Positions 47,509-56,289 of a DNA stretch of 64,000 nucleotides are shown piece after piece. Source of the DNA: an uncultured delta proteobacterium (GTDB lineage Bacteria; Desulfobacterota; Syntrophobacteria; BM002); assembly GCA_963712115.1 (NCBI GenBank), contig CAVQGX010000032.1:32001-96000 (forward strand), read 5' to 3'. The notes beneath the pieces are model-generated. The model was not told the origin of the DNA, ran no database searches, and saw only the letters and a list, made by a program, of their open reading frames with translations. The position numbers and the translations under genes were made by a program. Each line of letters opens with the position of its first letter. Position 1 is the stretch's first letter.

Positions 47509-48492
47509 TCAGTCGCGATCAAATACCGGGGTATGAAGCTCTGAATTGCTTCGAATATCCTCTTCCAACAACTGTCGAAGCAGATAGTAGATCTCTCCGG
47601 GTCTTCCGGAGCCGATAGAATGACCATCAAACATCACAGCTGGCAGGATATCGAATGTAGTCCCGAAGAGCAGAATTTCAGAACCACAGTAAGCCTCGTT
47701 TAGCGTTATGTCTTCAAATATCACTTGTCGTAATTTGCCTGCTTCAACCAGTGACTCCGCCAACTCCGCCGCCCTTGTTACGGTGGTGCCTCTAAGAATC
47801 CTACTAAATCTCGGAAAATTCAGCACACCTTCCGAGGTCACCAAACCTACATTTTCGGTAGATCCCTCACCCAGAAAGCCGTTCTCGTCCATGGAAATAG
47901 TATACTGCACCCCCGCATCCACCGCCTCCTTCTTCATCAGCACATTAGGAAGGTAGTTACAACTCTTGATGTTGGCAAAATAGGACTTTTTAATCGGAAT
48001 GCTGCTGCTCTTAACAAAAACGCCTTCGGTCGCGTGCTCTGCTGGTGGTGAACTGGGACTACATACAACGATATAGATCTGTGAGGTTGGACACTCGTAA
48101 GGATTGGTGGTGAAACCACCCGGACCACGAGAGGCGAAAAGCCTAATCAGACAGTCCCGGGCTCCGGCAATGCGTATTGTCCCTATAACCAAGTTGGTTA
48201 TTTGTTCCAGCGTAGCTGGTAAAGCAAGGTACACTGCCCTGGCAGAGCGCTCCAAACGTTTCAGATGAGCTTGAAGATTATAGATATTACCGTTGACGCA
48301 CTTGAAAGCCTCGAAAATCCCATCCCCGCGGTGAACCATATGATCGTCTACAGGGATGGTCATAAGAAAGGGGTGGGTGACCACACCCCCCAGAACACTG
48401 TTGTACATAGCCAAATAATTCTGATGATAGGGTCTAACAAATTCCTTTGCCAAACTCTGGCAGTCCTTCAAATCCAGGTGGCGCAAGGTCAT
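47509..48492 (-). CDS. PLP fold-type IV aminotransferase (D-amino-acid transaminase / aminodeoxychorismate lyase-like)
   Basis: DDHMVHRGDGIFE, HLKRLERSA, IKSCNYL, EGSTEN and ILRGTT. Confidence 0.88.
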   Translation of the reverse strand: MTLRHLDLKDCQSLAKEFVRPYHQNYLAMYNSVLGGVVTHPFLMTIPVDDHMVHRGDGIFEAFKCVNGNIYNLQAHLKRLERSARAVYLALPATLEQITNLVIGTIRIAGARDCLIRLFASRGPGGFTTNPYECPTSQIYIVVCSPSSPPAEHATEGVFVKSSSIPIKKSYFANIKSCNYLPNVLMKKEAVDAGVQYTISMDENGFLGEGSTENVGLVTSEGVLNFPRFSRILRGTTVTRAAELAESLVEAGKLRQVIFEDITLNEAYCGSEILLFGTTFDILPAVMFDGHSIGSGRPGEIYYLLRQLLEEDIRSNSELHTPVFDRD

Positions 48493-48545
48493 GTTTCACT
48501 CCTCTTCTCTCATAGGGAAGACAAAGTGGTAGGCGTTTTATGGTC

Positions 48546-48587
48546 CCTGCCCGCCATCGGCTTCGCCTTCAGGCGAGGCGGGCGGGT
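48546..48587. repeat. Stand-alone 42-bp GC-rich hairpin cassette
   Basis: CCTGCCCGCCATCGGCTTCGCCTTCAGGCGAGGCGGGCGGGT is the exact reverse complement of 39654-39695. Confidence 0.92.
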
Positions 48588-48649
48588 CTGCGACCTCTTT
48601 GGTTCAATCGCCTCCTGCAACCACTCGAGCGCTGGCTCGAATGACCTCT

Positions 48650-48678
48650 ACAATAGGGAATCCCGACTCTTCCGTCAA
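48650..48678 (-). promoter_or_regulatory. Putative sigma70 promoter for the class IV aminotransferase
   Basis: TTGACG-17 nt-TATTGT. Confidence 0.6.
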
Positions 48679-48724
48679 TCCTTCCTTAGCCAAGATAACA
48701 TCCACTAGCCGTCACAGCCTCCGC

Positions 48725-48908
48725 TAACCCGGTTGTTTCATGAGTTGATGTCGCGAGACCATGAAGATGGGTGGGCCACCGGGTAACCGCAGGGTGTTGG
48801 TTCCGAGGCGTACCTGAACGGTAAGTCGCAGGAGCCGACACCCGAGGACGCCCGGAAGGACGGCCATATCCAGGGTCGCAGCAAACAATTCATGAAACAA
48901 CCGGGTTA
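48725..48908 (+). repeat. Rod-like structured element with 23-bp TIRs (MITE-like or ncRNA), copy B
   Basis: TAACCCGGTTGTTTCATGAGTTG / CAATTCATGAAACAACCGGGTTA; nested stems CCGGG/CCCGG, GGGTGTTGGTTCC/GGAGCCGACACCC and TACC/GGTA. Confidence 0.82.
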
Positions 48909-48992
48909 CAAGCATAATCATCCACCGGTGTCTATTTGTCCCCCGCCATCACTGAGATAGTATTTCAGCAACTTTATCATGGCCACGGCTTC

Positions 48993-49994
48993 TTAAGGGA
49001 GCCAAAGGTACATAAACTGGGGTGCTTGTCTCTGGGGTAGAAGCTCTCCTCGTTGTATACGCTCTGCCCAACTCCATGCCTCTACCTGGGACATTGAATA
49101 GATGTTGTCCACATATGCTCCAGGGCGGTGGTACATGACCACCTTTGCTCGCTCCATCCCTACAGCATTTTTCGCCCAGTTAACAGCGTCGTTTAGATAG
49201 CCCAATTGGTCCACCAGACGTAGATTAAATGCCTGGGTGCCTGTAAAAACCCGCCCGTCGTTCACTTTAGCCAAATCAGCCTCTGTCATATTCTTTCTTC
49301 CCGCCCTAACCACCTCTAAGAATCTACCCTGGTATTCGTCGATGATACTCTGCAAAATCTTCTTTTCCTCACTGGTGGCCGGCCGGAACGGTGTCCACAT
49401 ATCCTTTTTATCTCCTGATTTTATCGTCTCTTCCGCAACACCCACCTTTTCCATCAAACCTTCCACATTGAATTTTAACGCAATGGTGCCGATGCTTCCG
49501 GTCAATGTGGTTGGCTGGGCGACGATGTGATCGGCCGCGGTGGCTATATAGTATCCTCCTGAGGTGGCCATCCCAAGAAAGCAAGCAACAACAACGACAT
49601 TCCGCTTTTTCTTGAACTCCTTTATCTCATGGTAGATAAGATCGCTTGCGTTCACCGTCCCACCCGGAGACTGAATACGGAGAATCAGAGCCTTTATTTC
49701 ACCATCTGTGGCGGCTTTGCCGAGTTCCTCCTTCATCCTGGCAACCAAGTTGATCTCTTCTCTGAAACTGCCTTCTTTCTTCTTCTCTTCGTAAGCCAGC
49801 ACTCCGCTAACATCCATTACCAAGACTTTACCGGGCCCCTCTCCTTCAATTACCTTTTCCTGTAGCGGTAAGGCTGGTTGATAAAGGCTCACATTAACAA
49901 AGGCACACCCGGATGCAGTAACGGTAAGCAAAGCCGCAGCCAAACACCATTTCATAAAACCATTTCCCTGCTTCTCCAGTATTTTCATGTTCAT
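48993..49994 (-). CDS. sppA: Signal peptide peptidase SppA (36K type), probable lipoprotein
   Basis: RIQSPGG, ATSGGYYIA, TLTGSIG, KSGDKKD and DGRVFTG; lipobox-like ASGC. Confidence 0.92.
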   Translation of the reverse strand: MNMKILEKQGNGFMKWCLAAALLTVTASGCAFVNVSLYQPALPLQEKVIEGEGPGKVLVMDVSGVLAYEEKKKEGSFREEINLVARMKEELGKAATDGEIKALILRIQSPGGTVNASDLIYHEIKEFKKKRNVVVVACFLGMATSGGYYIATAADHIVAQPTTLTGSIGTIALKFNVEGLMEKVGVAEETIKSGDKKDMWTPFRPATSEEKKILQSIIDEYQGRFLEVVRAGRKNMTEADLAKVNDGRVFTGTQAFNLRLVDQLGYLNDAVNWAKNAVGMERAKVVMYHRPGAYVDNIYSMSQVEAWSWAERIQRGELLPQRQAPQFMYLWLP

Positions 49995-50135
49995 CTCCTT
50001 CTCTTTTCTTCTTCCTTGTTTCCTCTTCCCTATTAGTTTAACTTCTGTAATGATCAAACTCTTTCGGGCTAGACTTGCCTCAAACCTTAGAAGTATTGGT
50101 GAAAGTGATTAGGATCGGTTTTGAGCAACCGCCCG

Positions 50136-50164
50136 TTGACGGTCAATCCCAGTTCTGCTATGAG
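50136..50164 (+). promoter_or_regulatory. Putative sigma70 promoter for ilvA
   Basis: TTGACG-17 nt-TATGAG with an extended -10 TG. Confidence 0.5.
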
Positions 50165-50247
50165 GCTAAAATGTTAGATTTTTTCCCGTTCCATTAGAAT
50201 GGCCATCCTGGCAAGGCAACCAGCATACATTGGTGAGGATTAAAGCC

Positions 50248-51453
50248 ATGGTTAAAATTGACAAAATAAACCAGGCAGCAGAAATCCTAAAGGGTATCGT
50301 CTTTGAAACCCCACTAGTATATTCCAATTACCTCAGTCGGCGATTTGACGCCAGAGTCCATCTCAAACTCGAGAATCTGCAAAAGACAGGCTCCTTTAAG
50401 TTTCGTGGAGCCTACCACAAACTGGCTAATATCCGGGAGGACCTGGGGCCAGAGGGTGTGGTGACAGCCTCAGCTGGAAACCACGCCCAGGGAGTAGCAC
50501 ATGCCGCTCAACTCATGTCCATTTCCTCCACCATTGTCATGCCTGAATGGGCCTCAATTAGCAAACAAACAGCCACCCGATCTTACGGTGGCCGGGTAGT
50601 ACTAAGTGGGCAGAGTCTGGAAGAAAGTTTGAACCAGGCCCACAAGTTGGAAGCAGAAGGCAGAGCATTTATTCATCCCTATGACGACGAGGATATTATC
50701 GCCGGCCAGGGGACCGTGGGTCTGGAGATCGTTTCCCAATTACCTGAGGTAGAAAAAATTCTGGTCCCTGTTGGCGGCGGTGGTCTCATCGCTGGAATTT
50801 CCGCTGCGGTAAAATCCCTTTGCCCGCAAGCATCGATCATCGGGGTGCAGGCTGCTTCCTGTGCTTCCACCGCTGCAGCTTTGAGACTCGGCAAACGAGT
50901 AACAGTTCCAGCCAAACATTCCATAGCTGACGGCATCAGCGTCAAGAAAGTAGGAAAGCTGCCTTTCGCCATCATCCGGAAGTTAGTTGACCTTGTGGTG
51001 GCCGTGGAGGAGGAGGAGATTGCCGCTGCCATGCTTGAATTACTGGAGCGCAAGAAGGTTTTGGCCGAGGGTAGCGGTGCTGTCCCCTTGGCAGCACTCA
51101 TGGGCGACCAGCTTGGAAGTATTCGTGGGCAATCGGTGGTCCTGGTGATTAGCGGCGGCAACGTTGATACTCATCTATTGGGAAGAATCCTTAGGAAAGG
51201 ATTGTTTAAAACCAACCGGATCATGAGACTCTCAGTGCAACTTAGGGATGTCCCTGGTGCCCTTGCCGACCTTCTCAAGGTGGTCGCCGACTGCCGAGGC
51301 AACATCCTCCACGTTTTCCATGACCGCCTAGGGCGGCATCTCCCCGTTGACTTGAGTAGGGTAGAATTGGAGATAGAAACACGGGGTTCGGACCACATTG
51401 AGGAACTTCTCAAAGCTCTTAGCGGCAGTGGTTACGAAGTAGATACTATCTGA
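50248..51453 (+). CDS. ilvA: Threonine ammonia-lyase with C-terminal ACT domain
   Basis: KLENLQKTGSFKFRGA, SAGNHAQG, PVGGGGL and SGGNVD. Confidence 0.94.
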   Translation: MVKIDKINQAAEILKGIVFETPLVYSNYLSRRFDARVHLKLENLQKTGSFKFRGAYHKLANIREDLGPEGVVTASAGNHAQGVAHAAQLMSISSTIVMPEWASISKQTATRSYGGRVVLSGQSLEESLNQAHKLEAEGRAFIHPYDDEDIIAGQGTVGLEIVSQLPEVEKILVPVGGGGLIAGISAAVKSLCPQASIIGVQAASCASTAAALRLGKRVTVPAKHSIADGISVKKVGKLPFAIIRKLVDLVVAVEEEEIAAAMLELLERKKVLAEGSGAVPLAALMGDQLGSIRGQSVVLVISGGNVDTHLLGRILRKGLFKTNRIMRLSVQLRDVPGALADLLKVVADCRGNILHVFHDRLGRHLPVDLSRVELEIETRGSDHIEELLKALSGSGYEVDTI

Positions 51454-53597
51454 ACTGCGGTTATCTTTTCTTGAAGCTGGCGAACCTGCTCGTCCTCCGG
51501 GGCCATTGCCGCTGCTCGTCGGCACTGTGCCAGAGCTTCTTCCAGCTCTCGATTTTGCCAGAGCAACTCTGCCAATCTCCGGCAAAACAGCACACTATCC
51601 GGTTCCAATTCAACACTCCGACGAGCTAGAGAAAGGGCTATCTCCAGGTTCGAGTCCACCCGTCTATACAAAATAGCCAGACCGCTAAGTGCTGCCGCGT
51701 CATTACCGTTGATCTTCAGAGCTTTCTTGAACCCATTCATTGCTTCTGCGTCCTTGCCCTGCTCCAGAAAACATTCACCAAACAGCCGCCAAGCCTTGGC
51801 CCAGTGGGGTTTAAGCTCCACTGTTTGACCCAGGTAATGCAGAGCTTCCTCCAAACGGCTCTGTTTTCTGCACAGCTTAGCCAGCTGGAAATAGGGGGCA
51901 GCTCTTTTGGGCTCGAGCTTGGAAGCTCGAGTGAAGGCTTGCTCAGCCTCATCCTCCCTCCCTAGGCTCAGCAAAGCGCAGGCCAAATTGTATTGCCCCA
52001 TAAAATCACTGGGCTTCACTGAGGCTACCTGGGCAAACTCAGTGACGGCTTCCTCAAATTCGCCCATCTTGGCATAGCAAACTCCAAGGCTATTGCTGAC
52101 ATTTACATTATTGGGATCCAAGGTCAAAGCCCGCTGGAACTCTGCCACCGCCTCTTTGAGCTTTCCCCTTTCATAAAGCCGATCTCCACTAATATTAAGA
52201 CTTACCGCGTCAAAAAGAGTCTGAGTGTTAGGCCCGAAAAACTTAGTATGAATGAGGGCCTTACGAGCGTTGTCCAGCATCTCGACCTTGGCAAAGCCCG
52301 GACAGGGATGGACGCTAATGCCGATTTGCACGGTAGTACTCAGCTCCGATTTCACTAGCTGACGAATAGCACTGCCCCGCTCTTGGGCTGAATCAACATC
52401 TGCCCCTGGTAGAAACATCCCGAATCGATCAGGACCTGCCCATTCTACCACTGCAGTTGTAGGGCTCTCCTTCTTACTCACCGCCATTACACGTCTGGCT
52501 TTCCCCGCTGCCCCTCTTGAGCCGTGTTGTCGTTGCCAAACCTTCCAATCGTCAAGCTTGACCAACAAGAGGGCGCCAGGCTCATCGTTAGTGAGCAAAG
52601 GGGATAAACCTTTTTCTATGGCTGACTCGCGCTTGACCAACCCTTGTTCGAGGAGTGTCTGATAGCTGAGTATACTCTCGTCTTTATGTTCGGCCACCTG
52701 GGCCGCCAAGGTTGCCCTCCGAATCACCTCTTCTGTAGCGGTCAACCGCACTCCGTGATCACTTTTTTCCCATGGCAGCGAAGGTCCATCATCGTAAAAA
52801 TCTTCCGGAAAAGTTGCTATGCCTGCCCTCAGAGTCCACTTCTCCTCGCCATCTTTGCCCCCTGTTTCAGCCTTGCTTAAACCGCTGTGCACCTTTTCAG
52901 CCCATTGTTGGGCTTCCACAAGCTGCGCCTTTGGCCAGAAGATTCCCACGTAGCCACCTCCCAGATGCGCCGCCAGAGCCTCGTTTGGCAGGGCCTCCAC
53001 TACCTTTGGACCAAGATTTTTCCAAACTGGACCCGGTCCAGCCCAAGGTTCGGGTGCTGGGTTGACTGCAAAACAGATGAAGCTAAATTGGGCCGCCCCA
53101 GGTCTGTGGTCAAGCATTCGCCTTGAAGTCAAACTGCCGTCACTCTCGGCCAGTTCTATGGCCCGGCTCAACTCCTTTATAAGCACCTGCCGCCGCCACA
53201 GCATGGTCTCCTCGTCCCTCCACCCTCTTTTTTCCCACTGGAGGCTGTCAATGCAAAGACGAGCCAGCCTCTCCAAAAGCACCTGGTTTTCTGGATTTTG
53301 GTATTTCTTTTCAACATCTTCGGCAAAGAGCACTCCTACAACTCTTTCGCCCTGGACCAGGGGAAGAAGGAGCCAGCCAAACTCTTGATTAAAAGCAGGA
53401 CGCCGGCTAAGAACTACCTCGTTTACAAGCTTCAACAGAACTTTTGGCGAATGATGCTGACTGAGAAGACTGTAGTCGGGAAAAGGAGGCAGGATAGCGA
53501 GTTGTCGACTGCCCAATATGTCAGCCATCTCCCGCTGGAAGATTTCCTTTCGGGCTACTGCGTCTGCTGGGGTTAGATCAATGGAGTTGGATGCCAT
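51432..53597 (-). CDS. Degenerate GGDEF-like domains plus C-terminal TPR repeats
   Basis: LLLVKLDDW...WAGPDRFGMFL...IGIS is a GGDEF-like fold without the motif; about 7 TPRs from LNISGDRLYERG onward. Confidence 0.75.
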   Translation of the reverse strand: MASNSIDLTPADAVARKEIFQREMADILGSRQLAILPPFPDYSLLSQHHSPKVLLKLVNEVVLSRRPAFNQEFGWLLLPLVQGERVVGVLFAEDVEKKYQNPENQVLLERLARLCIDSLQWEKRGWRDEETMLWRRQVLIKELSRAIELAESDGSLTSRRMLDHRPGAAQFSFICFAVNPAPEPWAGPGPVWKNLGPKVVEALPNEALAAHLGGGYVGIFWPKAQLVEAQQWAEKVHSGLSKAETGGKDGEEKWTLRAGIATFPEDFYDDGPSLPWEKSDHGVRLTATEEVIRRATLAAQVAEHKDESILSYQTLLEQGLVKRESAIEKGLSPLLTNDEPGALLLVKLDDWKVWQRQHGSRGAAGKARRVMAVSKKESPTTAVVEWAGPDRFGMFLPGADVDSAQERGSAIRQLVKSELSTTVQIGISVHPCPGFAKVEMLDNARKALIHTKFFGPNTQTLFDAVSLNISGDRLYERGKLKEAVAEFQRALTLDPNNVNVSNSLGVCYAKMGEFEEAVTEFAQVASVKPSDFMGQYNLACALLSLGREDEAEQAFTRASKLEPKRAAPYFQLAKLCRKQSRLEEALHYLGQTVELKPHWAKAWRLFGECFLEQGKDAEAMNGFKKALKINGNDAAALSGLAILYRRVDSNLEIALSLARRSVELEPDSVLFCRRLAELLWQNRELEEALAQCRRAAAMAPEDEQVRQLQEKITAVQIVSTS

Positions 53598-53718
53598 AGC
53601 TCTCCTCAAGGCACAATTCGCGGAATTCCATAGGGCAAGGGTTTCGGCTTTGAGCTAGCCTCATGAAGCATCTCAAGATCTTCAGACTCGAGAACACCTG
53701 GGTTTCTGATAAATTTGT

Positions 53719-55131
53719 TCAGATGACTAGCTGGGAGGCTGCCGCAGCAATAATTTTCTCATCTCCAGGCTGCAAAGTCCTTACGTCCAGCAAAAAGAGT
53801 TCCTGTTCCACCCGGCCTATTACGGGCGTCGTATATCCTCGAAAACGAGCCTCTAGGCGAGCCGCAGACATTTCTTTGGAGCTCATGGCCACCAGTTTCG
53901 TCGGAAGGTTTTGCACGGGAAGGGCTCCACCACCTACCATGGAGAAACCATCCATTACTCCCACCCCAATTGATTCAGGAATTTTGGCCCTTAGAGCTTC
54001 GACCAGAACTCGGGCTCGATCTTCCAAAGTTTTAAGGTCGGTGGCAATCATCTTGAGGGTGGGAATGGCTTGGATGGCAGTATCTTCGTCCCGATATAGC
54101 CTGAGGGTGGCCTCAAGAGCCGCCAGAGTCAGCTTATCAACTCGAAGCGCTCTTGTGAGCGGATTTCGTCTCAGTTGCGCAATTAACTCTTTCCTACCCA
54201 AAATGATTCCCGCCTGCGTGCCTCCTAATAGTTTATCGCCGCTAAAGGTAATCACATCCGCACCAGAACGTACACTGTCCTGGACGAGTGGCTCTCCCTG
54301 GAGCCCGAACCGGGTAACATCTACAAAGCAGCCGCTGCCCAAGTCCTGCATAACAGCGACCTCATGTTTACCCCCCAGTTCCACCAGTTCCTTGAGACTC
54401 ACCTCAGCAGTAAAACCGATTATCTGGTAGTTGCTAGCGTGCACGTCAAGCAGGAGTGCGGTTTCCGGACCAATGGCTGCTTCATAGTCATTTAGGTGGG
54501 TTCGATTGGTGCAGCCCACTTCCCTGAGAATGGCGCCGCTACGAGCCATAATGTCGGGAATACGGAATGAGCCGCCGATCTCAACCAACTGCCCCCTTGA
54601 AACCACGACTTCTCTGCCCTGCGCTAGGGTGTTAAGGACAAGCACTACTGCGCCCGCATTGTTATTGACTACCAGAGCCCCTTCTGCGCCGGTTATCTCG
54701 CACAGTACTGCTTCGGCATGGACATACCGTGAACCCCTTGTTCCGGCTGCCAAATCATACTCCAAATTGGAGTAGCCGCTGCCCACGAGCTGCAACCTGT
54801 CCAAGGCATCCTGACAAAGGAGCGAGCGGCCCAGATTGGTATGGACAATTATACCTGTGCCATTAACAACGCGACGGAGGGTAAACGATGCCAGGTGCTC
54901 GAGTTCCTCGAGGATCTCATTCACCAAGTTAGCTTGGTCGAATTCCTCCGGATCAAAGGCGACTTCTCCTCTGAGGATGGCTTGTCGGTTCCGGTCCAAA
55001 ACGTTCCGTATCGCTCGCACCACCAGAGTGCGAGGATGGGTCACCACCGCATCACTGATAGCCTCCTGGTGCAATAGTTCGTCAACCGCCGGTAGAGAAC
55101 GCAGCATTTCCTTGTTGCCCGAACTTACCAC
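53719..55131 (-). CDS. selA: L-seryl-tRNA(Sec) selenium transferase
   Basis: HTNLGR, SNLEYDL, VEIGGSFRIP, DLGSG and FSGDKLLGG. Confidence 0.97.
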   Translation of the reverse strand: MVSSGNKEMLRSLPAVDELLHQEAISDAVVTHPRTLVVRAIRNVLDRNRQAILRGEVAFDPEEFDQANLVNEILEELEHLASFTLRRVVNGTGIIVHTNLGRSLLCQDALDRLQLVGSGYSNLEYDLAAGTRGSRYVHAEAVLCEITGAEGALVVNNNAGAVVLVLNTLAQGREVVVSRGQLVEIGGSFRIPDIMARSGAILREVGCTNRTHLNDYEAAIGPETALLLDVHASNYQIIGFTAEVSLKELVELGGKHEVAVMQDLGSGCFVDVTRFGLQGEPLVQDSVRSGADVITFSGDKLLGGTQAGIILGRKELIAQLRRNPLTRALRVDKLTLAALEATLRLYRDEDTAIQAIPTLKMIATDLKTLEDRARVLVEALRAKIPESIGVGVMDGFSMVGGGALPVQNLPTKLVAMSSKEMSAARLEARFRGYTTPVIGRVEQELFLLDVRTLQPGDEKIIAAAASQLVI

Positions 55132-55387
55132 AATAGATCGCCCTCAAAGAATTGGCCAAACTTATAACTTACAAAACTTAATAAAGATAAAGTACAAAAA
55201 ACTAGAATAGCACCCCTCTATTCGCTTAGCTCTGCTAGAACTATGCCACCAAGACCATTGGCTGACTCAAGGCAGGCAGGGTCTGATCACCAACCTTGAA
55301 GCTGGCAAGTTGGCACTCTACTACTACAAAAGTGCTGAAATAGCAAGGATTTTTGCCTCCTCGGAGTACTATTCAGAATGGGCATAA

Positions 55388-55981
55388 TCAAAGAGGATCA
55401 TCAGCTTTGGACATGTGTAGTCTTTGGCGCAAAAGTGGACCCAGATAGAGCACTAGGCCAATCTTTATTAGATCCCCCGGCAAAACCACCAAACATCCTA
55501 TTTTTATTGCTGTGGACAGCGACACAGCCTTTTGCTGGATAAAATTCAGATTAAGATAAAGTACTGTTACGCCCGGAACGTAGATCGCCAAAGTGCCCGC
55601 CACCAGCGCCAAAAAAAGAAAAGAGTGCTTTAAAGAGTCACGCCTCTCGGTGATATTACCTATTATGTAAGCCCCACAGACAAAACCCAAGAGATAACCA
55701 AAAGTTGGCTGTAACACATATCCGAGTCCGCCCCCATGGGCAAAGATAGGAATGCCCATCAAGCCGACAAGGATGTAGACCAGCTGGCTGAGAGCCCCCA
55801 ACCTTCCCCCCAAAATCAAGCCGGAAAACATGACCATCAGAGTCTGCAAGGTGAGGGGCACATATGGGATAGGAATTCTGATGAATCCACCAATTCCGGT
55901 TAAAGCAGCAAAAAGAGCTACCAGGCTCAGCTCCCGGGCGCTCAGCCAGTTGGTTTTTTCTCTCTCTGCAACCAACAGCAC
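55388..55981 (-). CDS. bioY: Biotin transporter BioY
   Basis: VPLTLQT, GLMGIPIFA, PTFGYLLGF and PGDLIK. Confidence 0.93.
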   Translation of the reverse strand: MLLVAEREKTNWLSARELSLVALFAALTGIGGFIRIPIPYVPLTLQTLMVMFSGLILGGRLGALSQLVYILVGLMGIPIFAHGGGLGYVLQPTFGYLLGFVCGAYIIGNITERRDSLKHSFLFLALVAGTLAIYVPGVTVLYLNLNFIQQKAVSLSTAIKIGCLVVLPGDLIKIGLVLYLGPLLRQRLHMSKADDPL

Positions 55982-56073
55982 TCTCCTTAAGAGAAAAAGG
56001 TCAACCTCCTCACCAGCAGGGTCGAGTCCCTATAATAACATGTTCGGCAACAGTTTCCCCAGAAGTCTCCTCG

Positions 56074-56151
56074 AAGGTAATAGGTCATGGGTAATAGATT
56101 ATTAGGTAGGAACCATCCCATAATCCATTACCTATAACCCATAACCAATAA
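56074..56151. repeat. Heptamer palindromic element (CCATAAC family), copy 2
   Basis: Reverse-complement homolog of 4814-4890. Confidence 0.8.
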
Positions 56152-56165
56152 CTCGTTTTACCCTC

Positions 56166-56194
56166 TTGCTTTTGGCCACCACATGCGTTAGTTT
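56166..56194 (+). promoter_or_regulatory. Putative sigma70 promoter for mfd
   Basis: TTGCTT-17 nt-TAGTTT. Confidence 0.45.
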
Positions 56195-56289
56195 CACTGC
56201 CTACTATTGGGTTAGCTCTAGGGGTCCGTGAGCAGATTAAAAATCGATTACTAGGTGCATCCTTCCTGGCCCTCGGGGTACAACCGGTT

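Noticed and set aside
48725-48908. 6S RNA (ssrS), given the ~185-nt rod shape
   Set aside because: No obvious large central bubble or usual zapA/rny context, and related copies occur at 19157 and 18228, so a repeat family fits better. An Rfam scan is still needed.
48724-48921. 65-aa ORF
   Set aside because: Lies almost entirely within the palindromic element.
53663-54430. 255-aa plus-strand ORF and the other long antisense ORFs (e.g. 24990-25619, 26990-27628, 6677-7264)
   Set aside because: Shadow frames opposite well-supported genes.
55999-56029. BirA operator upstream of bioY (GTCAACC half-site)
   Set aside because: The second half-site is too degenerate to support.
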